From Cellvibrionales bacterium UBA1963 (GTDB taxonomy: Bacteria; Pseudomonadota; Gammaproteobacteria; Pseudomonadales; UBA7434), in assembly GCA_002336035.1 (NCBI GenBank), contig DDED01000214.1, forward strand, positions 1-42,658: 42,658 nucleotides of DNA. The letters are read 5' to 3'. Below the pieces are notes generated by a model. The model did no database searches. It saw only the letters and a list, made by a program, of their open reading frames with translations, and was not told where the DNA came from. The translations under genes and the position numbers were made by a program. Below, one piece after another: positions 1 through 10,755 of the stretch (its first letter is position 1; each line of letters starts with the position of its first letter).

Positions 1-1196
1 GCACCAAAGATAGTAATGGCCTGGAAAGTGATAATCATACCGGTTACCGTGCCTAACAAACCTAATAATGGCGCCACTGCTGCAATAATCTTTAACAACG
101 TGAGTGAATTCTCAAGTGCGGGAATCTCTTTAAGTACCGCTTCGTTAAGTTTAAGCTCGAGCGTCTCGGTATCAGTCGAAGCATTTTCATCAGCAACAGA
201 CAAGACTCTGCCAAGCGGATTTGAAGTGCTGGCCGTCGATGACTTAAGCTGCGCATTTACTTTAGTGCCAACCAACGTTAACACCACAAAACGCCATACA
301 GCTATCAGCATTGCAACAACACCAACCGTAGTGATCACGTAACCAACTTGCTTACCTTGATGCCACCGCTCAACTAATGTCGGTGTGTCGATAAATGCCG
401 CCAATAAACTGCCGCCCGTTGGACCCGTCGGATCGATGCCGAAACGGCCATAACCTTCGCTGGCGTTGGCCAAGTCGTTAGCCCAACCGACAAAAGAGCT
501 GGCTGGCTGTCGTGGCAAAATTGACAGCGAATCACCCGAATATTTTAGGTACTGTCCATCATTGGTCACGATGTTAAATGAACCCACACGAGTGACTTCC
601 GTCTCTATATCATCTCCAGCAGGCGTTGCAACTGTCGCAGAATATTGAACAATGCGACCAGATTCAATGATCTCACGCTGCATTTCAAACCAAACTCGCT
701 CAATTTCTTCAATTGTGGGTAAGGCGTCGCCTTTTAATTTTTCAATTAAATTGGTGAGAAACTCACCCCGATTAGGGTATTCACTGCTGACCAAAGATAT
801 GTTGAAGTTCTCACGCATATCGCCGGCAGTTGAATTGATATGGCCAAACAACTCATTCAATGAGCCCTTGGCTTCATTCAAAGCGGCCCGCTTAATAGTG
901 ATTTTTTCTTTATTTTCATCGAAGGTTTTTTCAAGTCGAGTTGAACGACGCTCTTCATCAGTGCGCGTTTTTTTCGCGTTCGACAATGCTTTTGCTTGGC
1001 TGGTCTTCTCGGCTAAAAAGCGCGCTTCACGGGTCTTGCTTTCTTTCGCTTCATTGATCTGACCCTGTTTTACAAAATTAAGTAACTCATCGAGAGACTT
1101 AGCACTTTCTTGAGCAACGCTTGGCATTGTGTGCAGTGATAATGCAACAGCGGCAGCAATCGGCAATCGTCTCAATTGTTGGATTATAGTTTTCAT
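1..1196 (-). CDS. MotA/TolQ/ExbB proton channel protein with long periplasmic N-terminal domain (TtpC-like, TonB2 system); 3' end lies outside the window
   Basis: Not in the ORF track. Manual translation from ATG at 1196 (ATGA overlap with upstream stop) gives MKTIIQQLRRLPIAAAVALSLHTMPSVAQ (signal peptide) ... LLKIIAAVAPLLGLLGTVTGMIITFQAITIFGA, the ExbB/TolQ transmembrane signature. Confidence 0.9.
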   Translation of the reverse strand, partial: MKTIIQQLRRLPIAAAVALSLHTMPSVAQESAKSLDELLNFVKQGQINEAKESKTREARFLAEKTSQAKALSNAKKTRTDEERRSTRLEKTFDENKEKITIKRAALNEAKGSLNELFGHINSTAGDMRENFNISLVSSEYPNRGEFLTNLIEKLKGDALPTIEEIERVWFEMQREIIESGRIVQYSATVATPAGDDIETEVTRVGSFNIVTNDGQYLKYSGDSLSILPRQPASSFVGWANDLANASEGYGRFGIDPTGPTGGSLLAAFIDTPTLVERWHQGKQVGYVITTVGVVAMLIAVWRFVVLTLVGTKVNAQLKSSTASTSNPLGRVLSVADENASTDTETLELKLNEAVLKEIPALENSLTLLKIIAAVAPLLGLLGTVTGMIITFQAITIFG

Positions 1197-2008
1197 TGAG
1201 CAGCCTCCGGCGCTGAAATGGGCAATTGCAGAATATCTTTTACTGCTTGATTGCGGGCAATACGAATACCTGTGTTTATGTAACCAGCCCAGTCTGACGC
1301 TTCTAAGGACTCCCATGTGCGGCTTTGGTTATCCCATCGACCGACTTCTTTTCCATCTTCTGTCTTATACAGCAAGGCAATTCGCCCCACCCGAAACATA
1401 TCAACTTTACGTTCGCTGCCATCACCATTGAAATCAATCGCAGCGTCGTAAGCCTCAATTTTACGGCCATATTCATTTTCGATTTTATACGCCTCTAACA
1501 CTTGACGGAAATTTTCAGCGACGGTCTGATTAGACTTATCGAGGTTGCCGCGCAAGCTATCTATGCGATTTTGTCGCTCTACTGCTAAGAAGGGCACATC
1601 TAAACCGATGAAGTTTTCTAACCCGTCAAGCATCTTAATCAACAGAGGCGTGATTTGACGCTGGATGACCGTGACCTGTGACATAGCCAGATCAATTTCA
1701 GCAATACGATCAAGCTGGTTTTGAATGCGAGCTTCAAGTTGGGCATTGTAGACCCTTAGACCCTCAATCTCTTTATTCACCTGTTTATAATTTTGCAGTA
1801 AGCCATCAGTCTGATCAGCAATACCGTCAATCTTGATCTGAGATTTTTGGGCTGCCGCCGCTTTGTTCTGACCAACTTTGAGAACATCATCAAGCTGATC
1901 GGCACTAACCGGAGCCGTCAAGAGACAAACTGAGGAACCAACGAGCATTCCAATTTTCGCAACCCTGAAATAGGCGCGTTTGATAGAATAAAGTGTAGTA
2001 ATAGCCAT
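1193..2008 (-). CDS. DUF3450 family periplasmic protein (TtpB-like, TonB2 system)
   Basis: Signal peptide ending APVSA, coiled coil, motifs DVPFLAVERQNRI, EAYKIENEYGRKI, RVGRIAL; coupled to the ExbB-like gene. Start placed at ATG 2008; the open frame extends to 2086. Confidence 0.85.
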   Translation of the reverse strand: MAITTLYSIKRAYFRVAKIGMLVGSSVCLLTAPVSADQLDDVLKVGQNKAAAAQKSQIKIDGIADQTDGLLQNYKQVNKEIEGLRVYNAQLEARIQNQLDRIAEIDLAMSQVTVIQRQITPLLIKMLDGLENFIGLDVPFLAVERQNRIDSLRGNLDKSNQTVAENFRQVLEAYKIENEYGRKIEAYDAAIDFNGDGSERKVDMFRVGRIALLYKTEDGKEVGRWDNQSRTWESLEASDWAGYINTGIRIARNQAVKDILQLPISAPEAAQ

Positions 2009-2171
2009 GGGATTCGTACTTCCGAATGTGTGAACAAGTTTATTAAAAGTCTCAGTATCTTTCATGTGGAAACTACTTTGTATCAAACCATCATCTGCAG
2101 ATGAAACAGTTTGATTTAAAACCTATTTTCGCCAAAAATGTGATCATTAGCGAAAAAAGTATGTGGCGCGC

Positions 2172-2201
2172 ATTTTAATAATATATCGCTAGTTCGTGCA
2201 A
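2172..2201 (-). promoter_or_regulatory. Putative sigma70 promoter for the DUF3450/ExbB operon
   Basis: Minus strand TTGCAC-18 nt-TAAAAT followed by GC-rich GCGCGCC. Confidence 0.4.
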
Positions 2202-2387
2202 TGTAATTCAGTTAATTAAGCGTTAAAACTTGAACATTATTGACCTAGATTCCTATTTTTCGATCAATCTTGTTGAGTTGCACAATAATGATTCAGCCAA
2301 TTTGCCTCAATAAAGTCCAATTTCGTCAACCAAAGCCCAAAAAGCCCTACTAACTGACTACTTTATAACCGCTTTTGGCCCTGCACA

Positions 2388-3182
2388 CTAAACGGCTATA
2401 GGCGCAGCAATGTGAGGATGATGCTGATAGTCCTCTAAAACAAAGTCATCATAGCAAAATGTAAATAAATCTTTAACCTCGGGGTTTATCGCCATTATAG
2501 GCATCGCCATAGGCTGACGCTGCAATTGAAGATCAACTTGCTCAAGATGATTCGCGTAAAGGTGAGCATCACCAAACGTATGAACGAAATCACCGACCTC
2601 TAGCTCAAGTACTTGCGCCAACATCATCGTTAATAACGCGTATGAAGCAATATTAAAAGGCACGCCTAAGAAAATATCAGCACTGCGCTGATAAAGTTGG
2701 CAAGAAAGCTTCCCTTGCGCCACATAAAATTGAAACATAGTGTGGCAAGGCGGCAACGCCATGTCTTCAATGCAGTCAACGTTCCAGGCCGAGACAATGT
2801 GTCTTCGCGAGTCAGGATCAGCCCTCAAGCGAGCAATTAACCGTTCAATTTGGTCGATATGTTGGCCGCTTGCCGTAGGCCAAGATCGCCACTGGTAGCC
2901 ATAAACCGGGCCCAAATCACCCTGCTCGTCGGCCCACTCATCCCAAATCGATACGCCGTGTTGCTTTAAGTAGGCAATATTGGTCTCACCAGATAAAAAC
3001 CACAACAACTCATGAATAATCGATTTTAAATGCAGCTTTTTCGTTGTCACGGCTGGGAAGCCCTGCGCCAAATCAAATCGCATTTGATACCCAAAAACAC
3101 TGTAAGTGCCGACATTGGTTCGGTCGTGCTTGTAAACGCCATTTTCGCGCACGTGACGCATCAAATCGAGATATTGCTGCAT
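2388..3182 (-). CDS. thyA: Thymidylate synthase
   Basis: DRTNVGT, ALPPCH catalytic Cys, [18 protein letters not shown]; 264 aa. Confidence 0.98.
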   Translation of the reverse strand: MQQYLDLMRHVRENGVYKHDRTNVGTYSVFGYQMRFDLAQGFPAVTTKKLHLKSIIHELLWFLSGETNIAYLKQHGVSIWDEWADEQGDLGPVYGYQWRSWPTASGQHIDQIERLIARLRADPDSRRHIVSAWNVDCIEDMALPPCHTMFQFYVAQGKLSCQLYQRSADIFLGVPFNIASYALLTMMLAQVLELEVGDFVHTFGDAHLYANHLEQVDLQLQRQPMAMPIMAINPEVKDLFTFCYDDFVLEDYQHHPHIAAPIAV

Positions 3183-3196
3183 AATTAACCTTATCG

Positions 3197-4108
3197 CTAT
3201 TTTTTATTCTTTCGACCGCTTTGAGTATCATTACCGCTGTGCGATCGTATTTTGCCCTTTCGCTGGCGCTTAGCCCGCCCCTTTACTTTTGATTCAGTCT
3301 TGATGGCCACAGCTGAATATAACGAGCCTTGTCGACGAAACTGTGCATAACTGAATATTAACATAGCTGCACCAATGATGATCATCGGTAATGATAAAAG
3401 CTGGCCTCTTGTCATCCAATCCAGCACCAAGGTGGCGTCAGGTTCCCGGACAAATTCGACCGCATAACGCGCAAAACCATAAGCAAGAAGAAATAAGCCA
3501 CTCACAGCCCACAACGGCCGTCGTTGCTGACTAAAACCATAAACCACGAAAAACACCACCACGCCTTCTAAAAAACATTGGTAGAGTTGCGATGGGTGTC
3601 TTGCTAAAGCGCTAGGGTCAGAAGGAAAAACCATCGCCCAAGGCAGGTCCGTGGCTCGACCGTATAGCTCACCGTTAATAAAGTTAGCCAAGCGCCCCAA
3701 GCCAAGACCAATAGGCGCAATGGGAGCTACAAAGTCGCAAACCGCCGCCAGGGATTGGCCTAGCTTTTTTGCGTAGAGAAACAAGGCAAAGATAACGCCC
3801 AATAGGCCGCCATGGAACGCCATTCCCCCTTCCCAAATACGGAACAGCCACAGTGGGTCAACCAGAAAGTGGTCAAAACCATAAAAAAACACGTAGCCCA
3901 CTCGGCCGCCTAAAACGGCACCGACTGCGCCATAAAACACCAAATCTTCCACCTGATCGGCATGCAGAGGTGACCAGGGTTGCTTGCTGCGATGCCGACC
4001 CAAAAAGTAAGCCGCAATAAAACCCATTAAATACATCATCCCATACCAGCGCAAACTGACGGGGCCGATCGTCACAATGATGGGGTCAATAGATGGGTAA
4101 GGGAGCAT
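3197..4108 (-). CDS. lgt: Prolipoprotein diacylglyceryl transferase
   Basis: [34 protein letters not shown] motifs; upstream of thyA. Confidence 0.97.
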   Translation of the reverse strand: MLPYPSIDPIIVTIGPVSLRWYGMMYLMGFIAAYFLGRHRSKQPWSPLHADQVEDLVFYGAVGAVLGGRVGYVFFYGFDHFLVDPLWLFRIWEGGMAFHGGLLGVIFALFLYAKKLGQSLAAVCDFVAPIAPIGLGLGRLANFINGELYGRATDLPWAMVFPSDPSALARHPSQLYQCFLEGVVVFFVVYGFSQQRRPLWAVSGLFLLAYGFARYAVEFVREPDATLVLDWMTRGQLLSLPMIIIGAAMLIFSYAQFRRQGSLYSAVAIKTESKVKGRAKRQRKGKIRSHSGNDTQSGRKNKK

Positions 4109-4138
4109 AAATTATCTCAATCAAATTCTAAACGTATT

Positions 4139-4927
4139 CTAGCGACTGAGCAGCAGCTGAATTGCGATAAAAAGAAGTAACACGGCAAATAATCGTTTTA
4201 AATGGCGCTCTGATAAATGGGTTGACAGCGCCGCCCCCCACCTAGCAAACGGCATACTCAACAAGGCGATACCAAAAAAAGCAGGCCAATAAATATAGCC
4301 CGTGGTCAATGCTGGCAAAAGCTCGGCCGATGCGCCATGCCAACCATACGTCAAGGCACCAAAAAAAGCGATTGGCATACCGCAGGCGCCAGAGGTCGCT
4401 ACCGCCGCATGCATAGACTCCCGGCAGGCCGTCAAGGTCGGCACCGTTAAGGTCCCGCCACCAATGCCAAAAAAGGCGCTTAAACTGCCAATAACACCAC
4501 CAAACAATGCCAGCACTGCCCGAGAAGGCAAACCAAAGGCGGCCTTAGGCTGCGCACCGCTAAAAAGTTGAGCCGCCGCCACGAGTAAAAAAATGCCAAC
4601 GAGTAACTGTAAATCGTCACCGCTGATGCCGGCAGCAACCGTCGAGCCCAACACCACACCGACCATCAACCCAGGAGCCATGGCTTTCACTACGGGCCAA
4701 TTAACATTGCCCAACTTATGATGCGCAAACACTGAACTGGTAGAAGTGATGACAATGGTTGCAAATGAGGTGCCAATCGCTAAGTGCACAATGCTCGCTG
4801 CAGGAAAGCCCTGCAAAGTAAACATAAAAATCAAAATAGGCACAATAATAGCGCCACCACCGACCCCAAACAGACCCGCCAATAAGCCGGCAACGGCTCC
4901 GATAATGGGGTACAGAAACACACTCAT
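4139..4927 (-). CDS. Sulfite exporter TauE/SafE family membrane protein
   Basis: GLFGVGGGAIIVP and FGIGGGTLTVP repeated motifs, multiple hydrophobic helices; ATGA overlap with ptsP. Confidence 0.9.
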   Translation of the reverse strand: MSVFLYPIIGAVAGLLAGLFGVGGGAIIVPILIFMFTLQGFPAASIVHLAIGTSFATIVITSTSSVFAHHKLGNVNWPVVKAMAPGLMVGVVLGSTVAAGISGDDLQLLVGIFLLVAAAQLFSGAQPKAAFGLPSRAVLALFGGVIGSLSAFFGIGGGTLTVPTLTACRESMHAAVATSGACGMPIAFFGALTYGWHGASAELLPALTTGYIYWPAFFGIALLSMPFARWGAALSTHLSERHLKRLFAVLLLFIAIQLLLSR

Positions 4928-7209
4928 GAATTTAAGTGGCGTCGCTTAATTCGCTCACTGAACAAACGGCTGATACCCTTGGCCTCTAATAACTCCTCGA
5001 CAGCGGCGTGAATATCGGCAATATCGTATAAATTCAACACTTTGGTCAATAATGCCTGTGCCTCGACCTGACTCACACCGCGCAACACAGACTTAACTTT
5101 TGGCAAACTGGTGGCGCTCATCGAAAGGGAGTCATAACCCATCGCCATCAATAAAATAGCTGCGCCCGGATCACCGGCCAACTCACCACAGATACTGACT
5201 TGCTTGCCCGCTTGAATGCCGGCTTTAGCAATCTGCGACAGAGCCTGTAAAACAGCTGGATGATAAGCATCGTAAAGCTCGGCAACGCTTGGGTTATTTC
5301 GATCGACGGCTAAGATGTATTGAGTTAAATCGTTACTGCCTACAGACAAAAAGTCGACTCGCTCAGCCAGTTGTCCAGCAAGATACACGGCCGCTGGCAC
5401 TTCGACCATGACACCTATCGGCGGAAACTCGACATCTATGCCCTCTTCGATCAGTTCAGCATGCGCCCTGCGAAGCAGTGACAGCGCCTCGTCTAACTCG
5501 TTTAAGTAACTTATCATTGGTAACATAATACGTAAGTTATTTAGACCAAGGCTGGCCTTCATCATCGCACGGACCTGGGAGAGAAAAATCTCTGGATGGT
5601 CAAGCGTTACGCGAATACCACGCCACCCTAAAAACGGGTTATCTTCTTCGATAGGAAAATACGAGAGCGATTTATCACCGCCAATATCCAGTGTGCGCAT
5701 AGTAACAGGGCTTGGCGCAAAGGCCTCTAACTGCAAGCGATAGAGCGTGCGTTGCTCTTCTTCGCTGGGGAAGCGGTCCTGCATGATAAACGGCACTTCG
5801 GTACGATAGAGACCAACCCCTTCAGCGCCACGATCAAGCGATCGCGCCACATCAGAGGCCAAACCAGTATTAACCCACAGCGAAATACGGTGGCCGTCAG
5901 TGGTGATGCAGCTTTGGTCTTTTAATGCCTCCAAGCCCCGCGACACTAACCGCTCTTCAGCGACGATGTCCTCATAGCTGGCCAATAACTCAGCTGTCGG
6001 ATTAAAATAAACAATCCCTGCGTAGCCATCGACAATAAGCTCGCTATTTTCTACCTGAGTAAAGGGAATATCGACAGCGCCCATTACGGTTGGAATGCCC
6101 ATGCCTCTCGCCAAAATAGCCACATGTGAATTACGAGAACCTCGCAGCGAAACCAAGCCGGCTAATTTTTTTCGCGGCAACTCACCGAGCATCGAGGCAG
6201 TTAATTCATCGCCAATCAAAATCGCATTATCAGGATAAGCAATGGGCTCTTGAGTCGCTTGCTGCAAATATTCTAACAATCGGCGACCAAGGTCTTTAAC
6301 GTCGACGGCCCGCTCTTTTAAGTAAGGGTTATCCATTTGCTCAAAGGCCTGCAAGTGAGCAAGTATAATTTTTGCTACGGCACCTTGAGCCCACTCCCCA
6401 TCTTCAATCAATTGCTCAATTTCGCGAGGCAAAGCCGGTGCATCAAGCATTTTAGAATACACGTCAAACAAGGCTAATTCCTGTGGTGGCAAACGGTCAG
6501 CCAGTTGAACGCTTAACTGAGCAATGTCATCACGCACTCTTGCGACACAGGCCCGAAAGAACACTAACTCTTCATAAACATCTTTGCTTTTGCGTCGCGG
6601 TACCGCATAAAGATCGGCGGGAGGCGACAACACCACGGCCTGACCAATGGCGACCCCTGACGAGCCTGGAACCCCATGGAATTCGGCATTAACGGCCTTG
6701 GCATCGGCCCGCAAATCGACTAATCCCGTTACCTGCGCATGGGCAATTAAGCCCGCTAACTGAGCCGAAACGGTAACCAAAAAAGCCTCTTCGCTTTCAT
6801 CAAATCGCCGCTTTTGAATTTGCTGAACAATGAGCACACCCAAAACAATTCGGTGATGGATAATAGGCACACCAAGAAAAGAACTAAAAGGGTCTTCGCC
6901 GATCTCAGCCAAGTATTCGAAATGGGGGTGCGCCTGCGCATCGCTGGTATTGACCGGCTCTTCTCGAACCGCGACCTGCCCAACAAGGCCTTGGCCCAAA
7001 GCCAAGCTAAGCTCACCAAGCACCGATTTATTTAAGCCCTCAGTTGCACGAAACACCAACCGCTGTTGCTTGTCCGCCAAATAAACGGTACAGACCTCAG
7101 TCACCATGACTGCTTTGACATTGGTGACAATAATATCAAGCGCCGACTGCAAATCAGGCGCAGCATTGACCTTTTGAACAATGTAACTCAGTGACTGAAG
7201 AATATTCAT
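4924..7209 (-). CDS. ptsP: Phosphoenolpyruvate-protein phosphotransferase EI-Ntr (GAF + EI)
   Basis: N-terminal GAF domain, GSRNSHVAILAR phospho-His motif, GLYRTE, NPFLGWRGIR, SVGSNDLTQY; rppH-ptsP synteny. Confidence 0.97.
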   Translation of the reverse strand: MNILQSLSYIVQKVNAAPDLQSALDIIVTNVKAVMVTEVCTVYLADKQQRLVFRATEGLNKSVLGELSLALGQGLVGQVAVREEPVNTSDAQAHPHFEYLAEIGEDPFSSFLGVPIIHHRIVLGVLIVQQIQKRRFDESEEAFLVTVSAQLAGLIAHAQVTGLVDLRADAKAVNAEFHGVPGSSGVAIGQAVVLSPPADLYAVPRRKSKDVYEELVFFRACVARVRDDIAQLSVQLADRLPPQELALFDVYSKMLDAPALPREIEQLIEDGEWAQGAVAKIILAHLQAFEQMDNPYLKERAVDVKDLGRRLLEYLQQATQEPIAYPDNAILIGDELTASMLGELPRKKLAGLVSLRGSRNSHVAILARGMGIPTVMGAVDIPFTQVENSELIVDGYAGIVYFNPTAELLASYEDIVAEERLVSRGLEALKDQSCITTDGHRISLWVNTGLASDVARSLDRGAEGVGLYRTEVPFIMQDRFPSEEEQRTLYRLQLEAFAPSPVTMRTLDIGGDKSLSYFPIEEDNPFLGWRGIRVTLDHPEIFLSQVRAMMKASLGLNNLRIMLPMISYLNELDEALSLLRRAHAELIEEGIDVEFPPIGVMVEVPAAVYLAGQLAERVDFLSVGSNDLTQYILAVDRNNPSVAELYDAYHPAVLQALSQIAKAGIQAGKQVSICGELAGDPGAAILLMAMGYDSLSMSATSLPKVKSVLRGVSQVEAQALLTKVLNLYDIADIHAAVEELLEAKGISRLFSERIKRRHLNS

Positions 7210-7214
7210 AGGCG

Positions 7215-7724
7215 CTACTTAGTCGCCAAGGAGCGAACATATTGAGTCACTTTTTGAGCATGTATGCTCGACAACTCTTTTAACATGCGCTGATAAACGT
7301 CGCGTTTAAAATCAATAATTTGGTTGAGTGGATACCAGTAACTGACCCACTGCCAGCGATCAAATTCAGGGGCGTCGCTGCCATCGAGCTGAATCTCAGA
7401 ATCGTCTGAGACTAAACGCAGTAAGTACCACTTTTGCTTTTGGCCAATACACACTTGGCCCTGTGTGGGCCGAACCATTTTCTTAGGTAACCGGTATCTC
7501 AGCCAATCACGAGTCATGCCCCACACCTCAACCTGCTCAGGCTTTAAGCCGGTCTCTTCTTCGAGTTCTCGGTACATTGCCTGCTGCTGAGTCTCACCCT
7601 CTTGCATGCCACCCTGAGGAAACTGCCATCCACCTTGACGAACGCGCTTAGCCCAAAGCACATCACCTTTTCCATTGGCAATCACAATGCCAATATTCAG
7701 TCGATATCCGTCCGCATCTAACAA
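7215..7724 (-). CDS. rppH: RNA pyrophosphohydrolase
   Basis: WQFPQGG...AMYRELEEETGL Nudix box, GQKQKW, PEFDRWQWVSYWYP. Confidence 0.97.
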   Translation of the reverse strand: MLDADGYRLNIGIVIANGKGDVLWAKRVRQGGWQFPQGGMQEGETQQQAMYRELEEETGLKPEQVEVWGMTRDWLRYRLPKKMVRPTQGQVCIGQKQKWYLLRLVSDDSEIQLDGSDAPEFDRWQWVSYWYPLNQIIDFKRDVYQRMLKELSSIHAQKVTQYVRSLATK

Positions 7725-7958
7725 TTGCTTAACTCTCCTGTATTTTTGTTGGTACTATAACACATAGCAATATTGGGTCACGGCAGAAGCCTTGTAAATA
7801 AGCGATTTGTCGGTTTGATCGAACAATTTATCATCGCACTTATTGCCGGTACTTGGTCTCAGCGTTGAATGCCGATAAACTGGTTCTTTTTTTATCAGAC
7901 TCATCGCAATGATAAACGTTGCAGCAAAACTGATTTTTTATTGCCTCAAGGAATGATT

Positions 7959-8639
7959 ATGTCAAACTCAGCCTCAACGTTGGCAATTTTTGATCTTGAT
8001 AATACGTTATTGGCTGGCGACAGCGACCATGCTTGGGGGGAGTTCCTCTGTGCTAATGGCCATGTCGATGCACAAAAGCACCAGCAGATAAACGACCAGT
8101 TTTACCAGGCCTATTGCACCGGCGGCCTAGATATCGATGCGTATCTGCAATTTGCATTAGCCGCTATAGCAGGAAAAACACCGGCACAACTATCGCCGTT
8201 ACACGACCAATTCATGCGCCAATGCATTGAACCCATGCGACTTAAACAGGCCGATGCATTGTTGCAACAGCATCGTGAGAAAGGCGACTTTTTACTCATT
8301 ATCACCGCCACTAATGACTTTATTACCCGACCCATTGCTCAAGCACTCGGTGTTGATGACTTAATCGCATCCGAAGCTGAGATTATAGACGGCGTTTACA
8401 CTGGTAAACCAACCGGCACACCTAGCTTTCAAGCAGGCAAGGTTGAGCGGCTAAACGGCTGGTTAACTGGCCATAACTTCTTACTCGAAGAGACCTATTT
8501 TTACAGTGACTCACACAACGACCTCCCTTTATTATCGGCAGTTGGTCATCCAGTTGTTGTCGATGGCGATGAAAAATTACACCAACATGCCCTGAAAATG
8601 GGCTGGCCAAATATTAGCCTCAGGGATAAAAGCGTTTAA
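7959..8639 (+). CDS. HAD-IB family phosphatase (possibly histidinol-phosphatase of the Pseudomonas type)
   Basis: FDLDNTLL motif I, ITAT motif II, FYSDSHNDLPLL motif IV; start chosen after AAGGA SD; divergent from rppH. Confidence 0.85.
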   Translation: MSNSASTLAIFDLDNTLLAGDSDHAWGEFLCANGHVDAQKHQQINDQFYQAYCTGGLDIDAYLQFALAAIAGKTPAQLSPLHDQFMRQCIEPMRLKQADALLQQHREKGDFLLIITATNDFITRPIAQALGVDDLIASEAEIIDGVYTGKPTGTPSFQAGKVERLNGWLTGHNFLLEETYFYSDSHNDLPLLSAVGHPVVVDGDEKLHQHALKMGWPNISLRDKSV

Positions 8640-9865
8640 TCGATACGAGCAAATATTGCTTTTAAATAATCCATTTCTGGCATTGCCACGTTAACTGGGT
8701 GATCGGCACCTAAGCCGCCTTGATGGACAATCATCGCCTGCCTTCCTGCGCGCGCAGCTGAGCTCTGAACAATCTTAGTCAAAGACTCGCGCGGCAAGTG
8801 CAACGAACAAGACGCACTGACCAGTAAACCCGACTCAGCCAGCAATTTAATCGCTAGCTGATTAATATGGTGGTAGGCGTTCTCACCACTGCGCTGATCT
8901 TTACGGCGCTTAATAAAGGCAGGAGGATCAAGCACAATAACATCGAAGATTAAATTCTTTCGTATCAAAGACTTTAATACATCTATTGCTGATCCCTTTA
9001 AAAATCGCATCTGCGAATCAAAGCCCGCCTTGATTGCGCTGACTTCAGCCTGCGCCAAAGCCGACGCTGAACTATCGATACACGTGACACTTTCAGCACC
9101 GCTAGACATGGCCTGGAGGCCCCAACCACCGAGATAACTGTACACATCAAGGACTCGCTTACCTCGACAGTAGTGAGCAAACACTGCGCGCGAGTCTCTA
9201 TGGTCATAAAACCATCCGGTTTTTTGACCACCCACGACCGGCACATGAAAAGCAACACCATTCTCTGTTATGTCGACGAAATCAGCGACCTCGCCAAAAA
9301 CCACCTCAGTCTGGGCAGGGAGCTGCTCAATGGTATTTTCTTTTTCATTGCGCAAGAGGATACCGCTCGGTTTGACAATCTCGACCAAGCTAATCACGAT
9401 AGCCTCAAGCACCGCCATCATTCCAGCAGTGTTAATTTGCATGACCAATACATCCCCATAGCGATCGACGACGACGCCGGGTAAGTGATCACCGTCGCCG
9501 TACACTAAGCGATAATAAGGTTGTTGGTAGCACGCCTGTCGCCATTGATATGCCGCCGTCACTTGCCGATGTATAAACGCAGCGTCGAGCGGCTGCTGGT
9601 CAGCACGACTGTAAAGTCGACCACAAAGTAGCGCCTGAGGATTAAAATAGCCGCTCCCTAGCACCAAGCCATGTGGGTTGACTAACGTCGCTTGCTGGCC
9701 AGCGGCAAAAGTTTTAAATTGGCTGCGCTCAATATCAATTTCATTGCTATAAACCCAGCAATGGCCCTGCTTAATGCGGCGGTCAGATTTAGTTTTCAGC
9801 ACCACTACTGGCAACATCGCTTTGTTGGATTCGGTTACATCAACAGTTTTAGTAGATTGGGGCAT
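8636..9865 (-). CDS. RlmI-like class I SAM-dependent rRNA methyltransferase
   Basis: PUA-like N-terminus (GHCWVYSNEI), GQKTGWFYDHR, VLDVYSYLGGW, LDPPAF, ASCS. Confidence 0.88.
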   Translation of the reverse strand: MPQSTKTVDVTESNKAMLPVVVLKTKSDRRIKQGHCWVYSNEIDIERSQFKTFAAGQQATLVNPHGLVLGSGYFNPQALLCGRLYSRADQQPLDAAFIHRQVTAAYQWRQACYQQPYYRLVYGDGDHLPGVVVDRYGDVLVMQINTAGMMAVLEAIVISLVEIVKPSGILLRNEKENTIEQLPAQTEVVFGEVADFVDITENGVAFHVPVVGGQKTGWFYDHRDSRAVFAHYCRGKRVLDVYSYLGGWGLQAMSSGAESVTCIDSSASALAQAEVSAIKAGFDSQMRFLKGSAIDVLKSLIRKNLIFDVIVLDPPAFIKRRKDQRSGENAYHHINQLAIKLLAESGLLVSASCSLHLPRESLTKIVQSSAARAGRQAMIVHQGGLGADHPVNVAMPEMDYLKAIFARID

Positions 9866-10047
9866 AACAACTCATCATCATGTACAGTCTTGGGTTAAAT
9901 GTTGGCTTGGATTTGACAATAGCGCGAACCATACAGCGATTTAACAATGAACACAAACACGCTTTTATCGCTAAATTGATAGCATACGAGGGATAAATTT
10001 GCCTATAATATGACTCACTGATTGTATCCACTTGACCGGTTTACCGT

Positions 10048-10728
10048 ATGCCATCGACACCTGAAAAACACACACAGCGAAACATTAGCGGCATCGACCT
10101 ATGGGTCATGGGCCTCGACCGAGTGATACGCACTGTCAGCCAAGGCAGTACTCGTGGGCATCGGCCATCACCGGCAAACAGCCTTCCCACAGCCGCAATA
10201 CCCTCTGCGTCTTTGGATACTAAAACCAAACAACATATCGGCGGCTTAATGCGGATTAACCACACGGGGGAAGTTTGCGCGCAAGCGCTTTATCAGGGCC
10301 AGGCCCTTACTGCAAAGACAGAAACGGTTAAAGCCGCCATGCAGGAATCGGCCAAGGAAGAAGAAGATCACCTGGCATGGTGTGAAGAGCGACTCACTCA
10401 GTTGGGCAGCCGTCCCAGTTACTTGAACCCACTGTTTTATGGCCTATCATTGGGTATCGGAGCGGTCGCAGGTGCGGCAGGCGATAAGTGGAGTTTAGGC
10501 TTTGTCGCGGCCACTGAAGACCAAGTCTGTCAGCATTTACGTGACCATTTAGAACAGTTGCCCGATGATGATCTCTCGACCCGGGCTATCCTTGAACAAA
10601 TGCTTGTCGATGAAGAGCATCACGGCGAAAAAGCCATCGCGCATGGCGGGGTCGCCTTTAACACACCGTCAAAAATATTGATGACAGGGCTGTCTAAATT
10701 AATGACCAAAGCCACCTACCGAATTTAA
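10048..10728 (+). CDS. coq7: Demethoxyubiquinone hydroxylase (di-iron)
   Basis: [39 protein letters not shown] iron ligands. Confidence 0.95.
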   Translation: MPSTPEKHTQRNISGIDLWVMGLDRVIRTVSQGSTRGHRPSPANSLPTAAIPSASLDTKTKQHIGGLMRINHTGEVCAQALYQGQALTAKTETVKAAMQESAKEEEDHLAWCEERLTQLGSRPSYLNPLFYGLSLGIGAVAGAAGDKWSLGFVAATEDQVCQHLRDHLEQLPDDDLSTRAILEQMLVDEEHHGEKAIAHGGVAFNTPSKILMTGLSKLMTKATYRI

Positions 10729-10755
10729 ACCGCCTGACTTAGTGACTCTTCGTCG

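Noticed and set aside
16-1431. Plus-strand ORFs 16-342, 466-648, 652-1062 and 1129-1431
   Set aside because: Antisense shadows of the ExbB-like and DUF3450 genes on the minus strand.
2280-2302. Fur box (AATAATGATTCAGCC) upstream of the TonB2-type operon
   Set aside because: Only one half-site resembles the consensus and there is no dyad symmetry.
10024-10032. DnaA box-like GTATCCACT
   Set aside because: Two mismatches, isolated, with no origin-like context.
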